Shown here: piece after piece, positions 9,800 through 22,271 of the stretch
Layout of the letters: each line of letters starts with the position of its first letter
Numbering within the stretch: position 1 is the first letter of the stretch
Assembly: GCA_038087875.1 (NCBI GenBank)
Contig: JAXLNO010000337.1
Span: 62,001-117,072 of the forward strand
DNA from: Malacoraja senta
Lineage: Eukaryota
Reading direction: 5' to 3'
Length of the DNA: 55,072 bases
Made by a program: the position numbers and the translations under genes
The notes under the pieces: generated by a model
Seen by the model: the letters and a program-made list of their open reading frames with translations, nothing else
Told to the model about the DNA's origin: nothing
Database searches by the model: none

Positions 9800-10240
9800 A
9801 CATAAACACAATCAAGTCAAACTTAAATACAACAGATAGAGCAAAGGGGAAGATACAGAGTGCAGAATATAGTTCTCAGCATTGTAGCGCATCAGTTCCA
9901 GAAACAAAGGCCAATGTTCGCAATGGGGTAGAGGTGAATTGGACAGTAGCCCAGCCTGATAACAGAGGGAAAAAAGCTATTCCCGAGTCTGGTGGTGCAC
10001 ACTTTCTTCTGTATCTCCTGCCTGACGAGAGCAGGGAGATGAAGGAATAACCAGGATGGAAAAGGTCTTTGATAACATTGGCTGCCTTCCTGACGGAGAG
10101 TGAAGAGTAGATTAGTTAATGGTGGTAAATTTGGTCAGTGTGATGGACTGGCGGCATCTACAACTCTCTGCAATGTGTTGTGATCTTGGACAGAGTTGGT
10201 CCCAAACCAAGATGTGATGGTACCCGACAGTATGTGCGCA
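9800..10240 (-). mobile_element. Rex1/Babar-like LINE 3' fragment
   Basis: The minus strand reads ILSGTITSWFGTNSVQDHNTLQRVVDAA-SIT, matching the Rex/Babar C-terminal consensus ILTGCITxWYGNxSxxDRKxLQRVVxxA. It is followed by a typical 3' UTR. Confidence 0.7.
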
Positions 10241-10254
10241 AGTTATAGATACAT

Positions 10255-10783
10255 AGATGCATAGAAAATAGCTGCAGGAGTAGGCCATTCGGCCCTTGGA
10301 GCCTGCACCGCCATTCAATATGATCATGGCTGATCATCCAACTCAGTATCCCGTACCTGCCTTCTCTCCATACCCCCTGATCCCCTTAGCCACAAGGGCC
10401 ACATCTAACTCCCTCTTAAATATAGTCAATGAACTGGCCTCAACTACCCTCTGTGGCAGAGAGTTCCAGAGATTCACCACTCTCTGTGTGAAAAAGTTTT
10501 TCCTCATCTCGATCTTAAAGGATTTCCCCCTTATCCTTAAGCTGTGACCCCTTGTCCTGGACTTCCCCAACATCGGGAACAATCTTCCTGCATCTAGCCT
10601 GTCCAACCCCATAAGAATTGTATACGTTTCTATAAGATCCCCTCTCAATCTCCTAAATTCTAGCGAGTATAAGCCAAGTCTATCCAGTCTTTCTTCATAT
10701 GAAAGTCCTGACATCCCAGGAATCAGTCTGGTGAACCTTCTCTGCACTCCCTCTATGGCTATAATGTTCTTCCTCAGATTTGG
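10255..10783 (-). mobile_element. 5'-truncated CR1 LINE (antisense)
   Basis: C-terminal part of ORF 10343-10945: PNLRKNIIAIEGVQRRFTRLIPGM.GLSYEERL.RLGLYSLEFRRLRGDLIETY…TRGHSLRIRG…FFTQRVVNLWNSLPQ. The tail lies at 10255-10330. Confidence 0.93.
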
Positions 10784-10975
10784 GAGCACCTCATATTTCG
10801 CTTGAGTAGTTTGCACCCCAACTGCATGAACGTCGACTTCACTAATTTTAGATAGCCGTTGCTTTCTCACTCCTTCCCAGTTCTCCCACGTCCTACTGTC
10901 TCCGCCTACTTCTTTCCTTCTCTCCATAGACGCTGCCGCACCCACTGAGTTTCTCCAGCATTTTTTGTCTACCTT
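10784..10975 (+). mobile_element. Penelope-like element 3' fragment (end of the GIY-YIG ORF plus 3' terminal repeat)
   Basis: 10784-10855 translates EHLIFRLSSLHPNCMNVDFTNFR*, matching the Penelope/Poseidon-type C-terminus (E.HLIFRLG.L.P.GMN). It is followed by ctccatagacgctgccgcacccactgagtttctccagcattttttgtctacctt, shared with the hairpin arm at 8512-8564. Confidence 0.75.
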
Positions 10976-11300
10976 AGTATGTTTTCTATATTCATTGGTG
11001 ACTCGGACTATCTTTGATCAAAGTTTGCTGGCTTAACCTTGCGCTAAACGTTATTCCCTTACCATGTATCCATACACTGTAATGGTTGTAATAATGTATT
11101 GTCTTTCTGCTGACTGGTTAGCACGCAGTTAAAAGTTTTTTACTGTACCTCGGTACACGTGACAATAAACTAAACTGAACTATAGTGTATGTGTAGATGT
11201 TTGTGAAAGTCATTGGAGACATGCCAAATTTCCTCACTCCTCAGGAAGTAGTCTTTTGTGTGTCTTTTTGGCTGTTGCATCAGTGGGTCTGGTTCATGTT
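10976..11300. mobile_element. Rex/Babar-type LINE 3' UTR (plus strand) followed by an antisense LINE fragment
   Basis: The tail …ttttactgtacctcggtacacgtgacaataaactaaactgaac is related (antisense) to 7250-7295. It is followed by catgccaaatttcct…tcaggaagta…gtgtctttttggc. Assigned by recognition only. Confidence 0.5.
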
Positions 11301-11329
11301 AATAGCCTAAATAATGCTATAGATATTAA

Positions 11330-11483
11330 AGTTAGATTTAGCTCTTAGGGCTAAGGGAATCAAGGGACATGAGGGGGGTGGGGGAGCCAGAACTGGGTAT
11401 TGATTGGGGATGATCGGCCCTGATCACATTGAATGGCGGTTCTCGTCGAAGAGCCGAATGGCCTACTCCTGCACCTATTTTCT
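11330..11483 (+). mobile_element. CR1 LINE 3' tail
   Basis: agttagatttagctcttagggctaagggaatcaaggga…gatcacattgaatggcgg…ccgaatggcctactcctgcacctattttcta is the same tail as the other CR1 copies. Confidence 0.8.
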
Positions 11484-11804
11484 AAAACAGATTGTTCAGA
11501 AAAGAAAATGCTATTCCCCTTATAACCTTATGGGAAAAGTGTCAGAATTTAAGATTTTATTTCAATAACAGCGTGCTTATTTACACTGTATTCACAGACA
11601 ATGCAATAGAGTTTAGAAATAAAGACACCCCCGTGTCCACCAACTCCAGAGCCAAATAAAATACTCAGCCGGCCGGGCGGCACCTGCGAGGGAACGGACC
11701 AGGAGCCGCCCCGGGCCAGGGCTCCCCCCAACAGGAAGGAACCGCAGATGCAGCCGTCCCTGTAAAACGCCAAATAATTCCGGGAATGCCGAGGCAAGCG
11801 GGTG

Positions 11805-11985
11805 AGAGAGAGGGAGTGAGAGAGTAAGAGAGAGAGAGAGAGAGAGAGAGACGAGATAGGGAGCGTGAGAGAGAGCGCGCGAGAGAGAGAGGGAGGGAGG
11901 GAGAGAGCGAAAGACAGAGAGACACAGCGAGAGAGGGAGAGAGCGAGGGAGAGAGTGGAGAGAGACAGAGAGCGAGACAGAGGGA
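11805..11985. repeat. Compound (GA)n polypurine microsatellite
   Basis: gagagagagggagtgagagagtaagagagagag…gagacagaggga; almost purine-only on the plus strand. Confidence 0.95.
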
Positions 11986-12328
11986 CACCAGCCCCCCAAC
12001 CCCAAGCACCGCGGCAAACCAACGCCAACAAAAACACTCATCCAGATCTTGAAACCCAAAACACCAATGGATTTAATCTGTTACAATCCCCAGAGGTACA
12101 GCATGACCCTTCCCATTCCTGCATTTTCCAAGCAGCAAGATCCCAAGTCAACCCCACAGGTCCACCACCACTCCATTGGCGAGTGGCATGCCAACGAAAC
12201 AGGAAGTTGGGCCGATCCCGGCCGCTCCCACCTGCCCGCTGAACCTCGGCCGGTACAGCGGTGACTCATTGTTACGATTATCTTTGGTTGATTTTGCCTT
12301 GTTAAATATGGACTTTAAATAAATCTGT

Positions 12329-12980
12329 TTATCTTCGGAATAACGGAAGATGGCCCAGAACTAAATGTGTTTCAAAAGAAACTAATGGACTATGGGTTAA
12401 TTACTGAAAAAAAGCTAATTCTAAAATTTTGGAAGATGGCTTCAATACCAACTATAAATATGTGGACTTCAAATACGTTCGAAACATTACACCTAGAAGA
12501 GATAAGACTCCTCCTAGCAGGTAAACCAGATCACTTCCACCTGACGTGGTCTGCATTTATAGAATTATTATAAATATAGGGTGCAAAAGTACTTAAAAAA
12601 AATTGAGGTCAGGTAAGGGGGGATGATAGTTGAAGAGTTGGTATGTCCCATTTACCTAATGCTCATAAAAATATTTGTTTCTCTCTTTTTCCTCTTTCTC
12701 TTTCTCTTTCTTTTCTAGGGTCTATTTCTTAACTCTTTTTCTTTTGTTTTTAATTTTTCTCTTATAGGGTCTTCGTCCTTTTTTGTTGTCACATTTTCCA
12801 CACTTTCACTTTTTCCTTCACTTTCTTCTTTCTTTCAATCTTTTCTTTTTCTAGTGTAAAAAATAAATGGAGTACATTAATTGTAAGAAGACATAAGTGA
12901 CGAGTACTAATGTATGTGGTTGTAATGTAATGTACTTCTAATAAATTCAACAAAAAAAAAAATAACAAATAAAAAAAAAA
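12329..12980 (+). mobile_element. 5'-truncated L1 (ORF2 end, 3' UTR, poly(A)) with an 8-bp TSD
   Basis: Reverse-complement homologue of 1-655 (ORF FQKKLMDYGLIT.KKLILKFWK…HLTWSAFIELL). A-rich tail at 12951-12980. AAATCTGT occurs at 12321-12328 and 12978-12985. Confidence 0.9.
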
Positions 12981-13185
12981 TCTGTATTTAACAACACAAA
13001 ATCGCACATCTTATCGCATTTCCGTATAAAATCCGGAAAATCCGTACTATTTGGCAGCTCTGCAAGGACTAAAGCAGGCCTCTGAATATACAATTTTTCA
13101 ACAAAAACAGGCAAACCAATTAAGGTACCCTAAGTGGTGACGCCAATGCCATCACAACCGTTTGAATGCATACAGATTGATCGAG

Positions 13186-16100
13186 TCGCTAAACCCCAAT
13201 GCCAGCTGCTAAACCCCAGCGCCAGCAGCTGAACCTCAACGCCAGCCGCTGAACCTCAACGTCAGCCGCTAAACCGCAACGCCAGCCGCTAAATCCCAAC
13301 GCCAGCTGCTCAACCCCAACGCCAGCCGCTCAACCCCAACGCCACCCGCTAAACCCCCAACGCCAGCCGCTAAACCCCAAAGCCAGCCGTTAAACCTCAA
13401 CGCCAGCCGCTGATCCCCAACGCCAGCCGCGAAAGCTCAACGCCAGTCACTAAACCCCAACGACAGCCGCAAATCCCAACGGCAGCCGCAAATCCCAACG
13501 CCAGCCGCTAAACCACAAAACCGGCCGCTAAACCTCAACGCCGGCCGCTAAACCACAATGCCGGCCGCTAAACCCCAACGCCAGCCGCTATACCGCAATG
13601 CCAGCCGCTGCACCCCAACGCCAGCCGCTAAACACCAACGCCAGCCGTTAAACACCAATGGCAGCCGTTCAACACCAACGGCAGCCATTAAACACCAACG
13701 GCACCGCTAAACCCCAACGGCAGCCGCTAAACCCCAACGCCAGCCGCTATACCGCAATGCCAGCCGCTGCACCCGAACGCCAGCCGCTAAGCACCAACGC
13801 CAGCCGTTAAACACCAACGGCAGTTGCTAAACCCCAACGCCATGCGCTGCGCCCCAACGCCATCCGCGAAACCCCAAAGCAAGCCGCTAAACCCCAACGC
13901 CAGCTGCTAAACCCCAATGCCAGCCGCTAAACCGCAACTCCAGCCGCTAAATCCCAACGCCAGCCGCAAAACCCCAACGCCAGCTGCTGAACCCCAACGC
14001 CAGCCGCTAAACCTCAAAGACAGCCGCTAAATCCCAACGCCAGCCGCTAATCCCCAATGCCAGCCGTTGCACCACAACGCCAGGCAGCCTCGAAAACCAA
14101 ACGGCAGCCGCTCAACCCCAACGTCAGCCGGTCAACCACATCTCCAGCCGCTCAACCCCAACACCAGCCGCTCAACCCCAACGGCAGCCGCTAAACCACA
14201 ACGGCAGCCGCAAAACCCCAACGTCAGCCTCGAAACCCCAACGGCCGCCGCGAAACCCCAACGGCAGCCGCTCAACCCCAACGGCAGCCTCGAAACCCCA
14301 TCGCCAGCCGCTAAACAACCGCCAGCCGCTAAACCCCAACGCCAGCCGCTAAACACCAACGGCAGCCATTAAACACCAACGCTAGCCGCTAAACCCCAAA
14401 GCCAGCCGCTATACCCCAAAGCAGTTGCTAAGCCGCAAGCCCATCCGCTACACCCCAACGCCATCCGCTGCACCCCAACGCAAGCCGCTGCACCCCAACG
14501 CCAACCCCGAAAACCCAACGGCAGCCGCTCAGCCCCAACGCCAGCCGCTGCACCACAACGCCAGCCTCAAAAACCCAACGCCAGCTGCTGCACCCCAATG
14601 CCAGGCAGCCTCGAAACCCCAATGGCAGCCGCTCAACCCCAACGGCAGCCGCTCAACCACGGCCAGTCGCTCAACCCCAACGCCAGCCGCTCAACCCCAA
14701 CGGCAGCCGCTCAGCTCCAACGGCAGCCGCTCAACCCCAACGGCAGCACCTCAACCCCAACGGCAGCCGCTCAACCCCAACGGCAGCCTCGAAAACCCCA
14801 TCGCCAGCCGCTAACCCCCCATCGCCAGCCACTAAACCCAATCGCCAGCCGCGAAACCGCAACGCCAGCCGCTCAACCCCAACGGCAGCCGCTAAATCCT
14901 GCCAGCCGCTAAACCTCAACGCCGGCCGATAAACCTCAATGCCGGCCGCTAAATCCCAACGCCAGCCGCTCAACCCCAACGGCAGCCTCGAAACCCCAAC
15001 GGCAGCCTCGAAACCCCAACGGCAGCCTCGGAACCCCAACGCCATCCTCGGAACCCCAACGCCAGCCTCGGAACCCCAACGCCAGCCTCGGAACCCCAAC
15101 GCCAGCCTCTGAACCCCAACGCCAGCCTCTGAACCCCAACGCCAGCCGCGAAGCCCCAACGCCAGCCGCGAAGCCCCAACGCCAGCCGCTAACCCCTAAA
15201 GCCAGCCGCTAACCCTCAACGCCAGCCGCTCAACCCCAATGCTAGCCGCTCAACCCCAACGCCTGCAGGTAAACCCCAACGGCAGCCGCTAAACCCCAAC
15301 GGCAGCCTCGAAACACGAACGGCAGCCTCGAAACCCCAACGGCAGCTTCGAAACCACAACGGCAGACTCGAAACCCCAACGGGAGCCTCGAAACCCCAAC
15401 GGCAGCCTCGAAACCCCAACGGCAGCCTCGAACCCCCAACGGCAGCCTCGAAACGCCAACGCCAGCCTCGAAACCCCAACTCCAGCCACGAAACCCCAAC
15501 GCCAGCCTCGAAACCCCAACGGCAGCCTCGAATCCCCAACGCCAGCCTTGAAACCGCAACGCCAGCCTCCATACCCCAACCTCGATACACCAACTCAGCC
15601 TCGAAACCCCAACGCCAGCTTCGAAACCACAACGCCAGCCACAGAACCCCAATGCCAGCCACGGAACCCCAACGCCAGCCTCGGAACCCCAACGCCAGCC
15701 GCTGAACTCCAACGCCAGCCTCTGAACCCCAACGCCAGTCTCTGAACCCCAACGCCAGCCTCTGAACCACAACGTCAACCGCAAAAACGCCAACGCCAGC
15801 CGCGGAACACCAACCGCGAAACCCCAACACCAGCCGCTAAGCCCCAACGCCAGCCGCTAATACCCAACGCCAGCCGCTAATCCCCAACGCCAGCCGCTAA
15901 CCCCCAACGCCAGCCGCTAACCCCAAACGCCAGCAGCACAACCCCAACACCAGCCGCTCAACCCCAACGCCAGCCGCGCAACCCGAACGCCTGCAGCTAA
16001 ACCGGAACGGCAGCCGCTAAACCCCAATGTCACTAGAAACCCCAACGCCAGCCTCGAAACCCCAATGGCAGCCTCGAAACCCCAACGCCAGCCTCGAAAC

Positions 16101-19100
16101 CCCAACGCCAGCCACGAAACCCCAACGCCAGCCACGAAATCCCAACGCCAGCCTCGAAACCCTAACGCCAACCGCGAAAACCCCAACGCCACCCGCTACC
16201 CCCCAACGCCAGCCGCTAATCCTCAACGCCAGCCGCTCAACCCCCAACGCCAGCCACAACCCAAATGCCTGCAGGTAAACCCCAACGGCAGCTGCTAAAC
16301 CCCAACGGCAACATCGAAACCCCAACGGCAGCCTCGAAACCCCAACGCCAGCCTCGTAACCCCAACGCCAGCCTCGAAACCCCAGCGCCAGCCTCGGAAC
16401 CCCAACGCCAGCCTCTGAACCCCAACGCCAGCCGCGAAGCCCCAACGTCAGCCGCGAAGCCCCAACGCCAGCCCCTAACCCCTAAATCCAGCCGCTAACC
16501 CCCAACGCCAGCCGCACAACCCCAACGACAGCCGCACAAACCCAACGCCTGCAGGTAAACTCCAGCGGCAGCAGCTAAACCCCAACGGCAGCCTCGAAAC
16601 CCCAACGCCAGCCTCTGAACCCCAACTCCAGCCTCGTAACCCGAACGCCAGCCTCGAAACCCCAACGCCAACCCCGAAACGCCAACGCCAGCCGCTAAAC
16701 GCCAACGCCAGCCGCGAAGCCCCATCGCCAGAGGCGAAGCCCCATCGACAGCCGCTAAACCCCAATGCCAGCCGCTCAACCCCCAACGCCAGTTCGTCAA
16801 CCCCAACGCCTGCAGGTAAACCCCAACGCCTGCAGATAAACCCCAACGGCAGCCTCGAAACCCCGACGGCAGCCTCGAAACCCCGACGGCAGCCTCGAAA
16901 CCCCGACGGCAGCCTCGAAACCCCGACGGCAGCCTCGAAACCCCGACGGCAGCCTCGAAACCCCGACGGCAGCCTCGAAACCCCGACGGCAGCCTCGAAA
17001 CCCCGACTGCAGCCTCGAAACGCCAACGGCAGCCTCGAAACCCCAACGGCAGTCTCGAAACCCCAACGCCAGCCGCTAAACGCCAACCGCTAACCCCCAA
17101 CGCCAGCCGCTCAACCCCCAACGCCAGCCATTCAACCCGAATGCCTGCAGGTAAACCTCAACGCCTGCAACTAACCCCCAGCACAAGCCGCTCAAACCCC
17201 AGCGCCAGCCTCTCAACCCCCAACGCCAGCCATTCAACCCGAACGCCTGCAGGTAAACCCGAACACCTGGAGGTAAACCACAACACCTGCAGGTAAACTC
17301 CAACACCTGCAGCTAAACACCAACGGCAGCCGCGAAACCCCAACGGCAGCCTCAAAACCCAAACGGCAGCCTCGAAACCACAACGGCAGCCTCGAAACCA
17401 CAACGGCAGCCTCGGAACCCCAACGCCAGCCTCTGAACTCCAACGCCAGCCTCTGAACCCCAGCCTCTGAACCCCAACCTCTGAACCCCAACGCCAGTCT
17501 CTACCCCAACGCCATCCTCCAAACCCCAACGCCAGCCTCTAAACCCCAACGCCAGCCTCTGAACCCCAACTCCAGCCTCGTAACCCCAACGCTAGCCTCG
17601 AAACCCCAACGGCAGCCCCGAAATGCCAACGCCAGCCGCTAAACGCCAGCCGCGCAATCCCATCGCCAGACGCGAAGCCCCATCGCCAGCCGCTAAACCC
17701 CAATGCCAGCCGCTCAACCCCCAACGCCAGTTCGTCAACCCCAACGCCTGCAGGTAAACCCCAACGCCTGCAGATAAACCCCAACGGCAGCCTCGAAACC
17801 CCGACGGCAGCCTCGAAACCCCGACGGCAGCCTCGAAACCCCGACTGCAGCCTCGAAACCCCGACTGCAGCCTCGAAACACCAACGGCAGCCTCGAAACC
17901 CCAACGACAGTCTCGAAACCCCAACGCCAGCCGCTAAACGCCAACCGCTAACCCCCAACGCCAGCCGCTCAACCCCCAACGCCAGCCATTCAACCCGAAT
18001 GCCTGCAGGTAAACCTCAACGCCTGCAACTAACCCCCAGCACAAGCCGCTCAACCCCCAGCGCCAGCCTCTCAACCCTCAACGCCAGCCATTCAACCCGA
18101 ACGCCTGCAGGTAAACCCGAACACCTGCAGGTAAACCCCAACACCTGCAGGTAAACTCCAACACCTGCAGCTAAACCCCAACGGCAGCCGCGAAACCCCA
18201 ACGGCAGCCTCAAAACCCAAACGGCAGCCTCGAAACCACAACGGCAGCCTCGAAACCACAACGGCAGCCTCGGAACCCCAACGCCAGCCTCTGAACTCCA
18301 ACGCCAGCCTCTGAACCCCAGCCTCTGAACCCCAACCTCTGAACCCCAACGCCAGTCTCTACCCCAACGCCATCCTCCAAACCCCAACGCCAGCCTCTAA
18401 ACCCCAACGCCAGCCTCTGAACCCCAACTCCAGCCTCGTAACCCCAACGCTAGCCTCGAAACCCCAACGGCAGCCCCGAAATGCCAACGCCAGCCGCTAA
18501 ACGCCAGCCGCGAAGTCCCATCGCCAGACGCGAAGCCCCATCGCCAGCCGCTAAACCCCAATGCCAGCCGCTCAACCCCCAACGCCAGTTCGTCAACCCC
18601 AACGCCTGCAGGTAAACCCCAACGCCTGCAGATAAACCCCAACGGCAGCCTCGAAACCCCGACGGCAGCCTCGAAACCCCGACGGCAGCCTCGAAACCCC
18701 GACTGCAGCCTCGAAACCCCGACGGCAGCCTCGAAACCCCGACGGGAGCCTCGAAACCCCGACGGCAGCCTCGAAACCCCGACTGCAGCCTCGAAACACC
18801 AACGGCAGCCTCGAAACCCCAACGACAGTCGCGAAACCCCAACGCCAGCCGCTAAACGCCAACCGCTAACCCCCAACGCCAGCCGCTCAACCCCCAACGC
18901 CAGCCATTCAACCCGAATGCCTGCAGGTAAACCCCAACGCCTGCAGCTAACCCCCAACGGCAGCCGCGAAACCCCAACGGCAGCCTCAAAACCCCAACGG
19001 CAGCCTCGGGACTCCAAAGCCAGCCTCGGAACCCCAATGCCAGCCTCTGAACCCCAACGGCAGCCTCGAAACCCCAACGGCAGCCTCGAATCCCCAACGC

Positions 19101-20749
19101 CAGCCTCGAAACCCCAACGCCAGCCACGGAACCCCAACGCTAGCCTCGGGACTCCAACGCCAACCTCTGAACCCCAACGCCAGTCTCTACCCCAACGCCA
19201 GCCTCCAAACCCCAACGCCAGCCTCTAAACCCCAACGCCAGCCTCTGAACCCCAACTCCAGCCTCGTAACCCCAACGCTAGCCTCGAAACCCCAACGGCA
19301 GCCCCGAAATGCCAACGCCAGCCGCTAAACGCTAGCCGCGAAGTCCCATCGCCAGACGCGAAGCCCCATCGCCAGCCGCTAAACCCCAATGCCAGCCGCT
19401 CAACCCCCAACGCCAGTTCGTCAACCCCAACGCCTGCAGGTAAACCCCAACGCCTGCAGATAAACCCCAACGGCAGCCCCGAAACGCCAACGGCAGCCTC
19501 GAAACCCCAACGGCAGTCTCGAAACCCCAACGCCAGCCGCTAAACGCCAACCGCCAGCCGCGAAGTCCCATCGCCAGACACGAAGCCCCATCGCCAGCCG
19601 CTAAACCCCAATGCCAGCCGCTCAACCCCCAACGCCAGTAATCAACCCCAACGGCTGCAGGTAAACCCCAACGCCTGCAGATAAACCCCAACGGCAGCCT
19701 CGAAACGCCAACGGCAGCCACGAAACCCCAACGCCAGCCGCTAAACGCCAACCGCTAACCCCCAACGCCAGCCGCTCAACCCCCAACGCCAGCCATTCAA
19801 CCCGAATGCCTGCAGGTAAACCCCAACGCCTGCAGCTAACCCCCAGCACCAGCCGCTCAACCCCCAGCGCCAGCCTCTCAACCCCCAACGCCAGCCATTC
19901 AACCCTAACGCCTGCAGGTAAACCTGAACACCTGCAGGTAAACCCCAACACCTGCAGGTAAACCCCAACACCTGCAGCTAAACCCCAACGGCAGCCGCGA
20001 AACCCCAACGGCAGCCTCAAAACCCAAACGGCAGCCTCGAAACCACAACGGCAGCCTCGAAACCACAACGGCAGCCTCGGGACTCCAACGGCAGCCTCGA
20101 AATCCCAACGATAGCCTCGGAACCCCAACGCCAGCCTCTGAACTCCACCGCCAGCCTCTGAACCCCAGCCTCTGAACCCCAACCTCTGAACCCCAACGCC
20201 AGTCTCTACCCCAACGCCATCCTCCAAACCCCAACGCCAGCCTCTAAACCCCAACGCCAGCCTCTGAACCCCAACTCCAGCCTCGTAACCCCAACGCTAG
20301 CCTCGAAACCCCAACGGCAGCCCCGAAATGCCAACGCCAGCAGCTAAACGCCAGCCGCGAAGTCCCATCGCCAGACGCGAAGCCCCATCGCCAGCCGCTA
20401 AACCCCAATGCCAGCCGCTCAACCCCCAACGCCAGTTCGTCAACCCCAACGCCTGCAGGTAAACCCCAACGCCTGCAGATAAACCCCAACGGCAGCCTCG
20501 AAACCCCGACGGCAGCCTCGAAACCCCGACGGCAGCCTCGAAACCCCGACTGCAGCCTCGAAACCCCGACTGCAGCCTCGAAACACCAACGGCAGCCTCG
20601 AAACCCCAACGACAGTCTCGAAACCCCAACGCCAGCCGCTAAACGCCAACCGCTAACCCCCAACGCCAGCCGCTCAACCCCCAACGCCAGCCATTCAACC
20701 CGAATGCCTGCAGGTAAACCTCAACGCCTGCAACTAACCCCCAGCACAA
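13186..20749. repeat. 20-bp GC/CpG-rich satellite, block 1
   Basis: Continuous tandem monomers of about AACCCCAACG(C/G)CAGCC plus a variable 4-mer (GCTA, GCTC, TCGA, TCTG, GCGA, TCGG), plus CCTGCAGGTA variants. The plus strand is C/A-rich and T-poor. Confidence 0.98.
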
Positions 20750-21093
20750 GCCTACTCCTGCACCTATTTTCTAAAACAGATTGTTCAGAAAAGAAAATGC
20801 TATTCCCCTTATAACCTTATGGGAAAAGTGTCAGAATTTAAGATTTTATTTCAATAACAGCGTGCTTATTTACACTGTATTCACAGACAATGCAATAGAG
20901 TTTAGAAATAAAGACACCCCCGTGTCCACCAACTCCAGAGCCAAATAAAATACTCAGCCGGCCGGGCGGCACCTGCGAGGGAACGGACCAGGAGCCGCCC
21001 CGGGCCAGGGCTCCCCCCAACAGGAAGGAACCGCAGATGCAGCCGTCCCTGTAAAACGCCAAATAATTCCGGGAATGCCGAGGCAAGCGGGTG

Positions 21094-21276
21094 AGAGAGA
21101 GGGAGTGAGAGAGTAAGAGAGAGAGAGAGAGAGAGAGAGAGACGAGATAGGGAGCGTGAGAGAGAGCGCGCGAGAGAGAGAGGGAGGGAGGGAGAGAGCG
21201 AAAGACAGAGAGACACAGCGAGAGAGGGAGAGAGCGAGGGAGAGAGTGGAGAGAGACAGAGAGCGAGACAGAGGGA
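21094..21276. repeat. Compound (GA)n microsatellite, duplicate copy (one more GA unit)
   Basis: Same as 11805-11985, with a 2-bp longer pure GA run. Confidence 0.95.
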
Positions 21277-21618
21277 CACCAGCCCCCAACCCCAAGCACC
21301 GCGGCAAACCAACGCCAACAAAAACACTCATCCAGATCTTGAAACCCAAAACACCAATGGATTTAATCTGTTACAATCCCCAGAGGTACAGCATGACCCT
21401 TCCCATTCCTGCATTTTCCAAGCAGCAAGATCCCAAGTCAACCCCACAGGTCCACCACCACTCCATTGGCGAGTGGCATGCCAACGAAACAGGAAGTTGG
21501 GCCGATCCCGGCCGCTCCCACCTGCCCGCTGAACCTCGGCCGGTACAGCGGTGACTCATTGTTACGATTATCTTTGGTTGATTTTGCCTTGTTAAATATG
21601 GACTTTAAATAAATCTGT

Positions 21619-22271
21619 TTATCTTCGGAATAACGGAAGATGGCCCAGAACTAAATGTGTTTCAAAAGAAACTAATGGACTATGGGTTAATTACTGAAAA
21701 AAAGCTAATTCTAAAATTTTGGAAGAAGGCTTCAATACCAACTATAAATATGTGGACTTCAAATATGTTCGAAACATTACACCTAGAAGAGATAAGACTC
21801 CTCCTAGCAGGTAAACCAGATCACTTCCACCTGACGTGGTCTGCATTTATAGAATTATTATAAATATAGGGTGCAAAAGTACTTAAAAAAAAATTGAGGT
21901 CAGGTAAGGGGGGATGATAGTTGAAGAGTTGGTATGTCCCATTTACCTAATGCTCATAAAAATATTTGTTTCTCTCTTTTTCCTCTTTCTCTTTCTCTTT
22001 CTTTTCTAGGGTCTATTTCTTAACTCTTTTTCTTTTGTTTTTAATTTTTCTCTTATAGGGTCTTCGTCCTTTTTTGTTGTCACATTTTCCACACTTTCAC
22101 TTTTTCCTTCACTTTCTTCTTTCTTTCAATCTTTTCTTTTTCTAGTGTAAAAAATAAATGGAGTACATTAATTGTAAGAAGACATAAGTGACGAGTACTA
22201 ATGTATGTGGTAGTAATGTAATGTACTTCTAATAAATTCAACAAAAAAAAAAATAACAAATAAAAAAAAAA
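21619..22271 (+). mobile_element. Duplicate of the L1 fragment at 12329-12980
   Basis: Same truncation point, TSD and tail; ORF 21657-21863. Confidence 0.9.

Larger units (their letters stand above)
11490..13062. mobile_element. Putative DNA-transposon remnant (one hAT-like end) hosting a GA microsatellite and an L1 insertion; duplicated at ~20780-22353
   Basis: Ends in …aaatccggaaaatccgtactatTTGGCAGCTCTG (reverse complement CAGAGCTGCCAA, resembling CAG(A/G)GTTGCCA-type hAT termini) with sub-terminal aaatccg repeats. The matching left end was not found. Confidence 0.35.
11461..20749 (+). repeat. Tandem segmental duplication, copy 1 (9,289 bp)
   Basis: GCCTACTCCTGCACCTATTTTCTAAAACAG… at 11461 recurs at 20750, followed by the same GA microsatellite, L1 fragment, unique spacer and order of satellite variants. 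Confidence 0.95.

Noticed and set aside
10343..10945. 200-aa ORF as a single gene
   Set aside because: It is a chance in-frame fusion of an antisense Penelope fragment with a CR1 RT C-terminus.
11549..12269. ORFs rich in SL/ER dipeptides (and duplicates at 20838-21559)
   Set aside because: These are translations of the GA/TC microsatellite and adjacent repeat.
13135..13150. TGACG plus CCAAT promoter-like motif next to the CpG-rich array
   Set aside because: Such short motifs are expected by chance, they resemble the satellite monomer, and there is no other promoter evidence.
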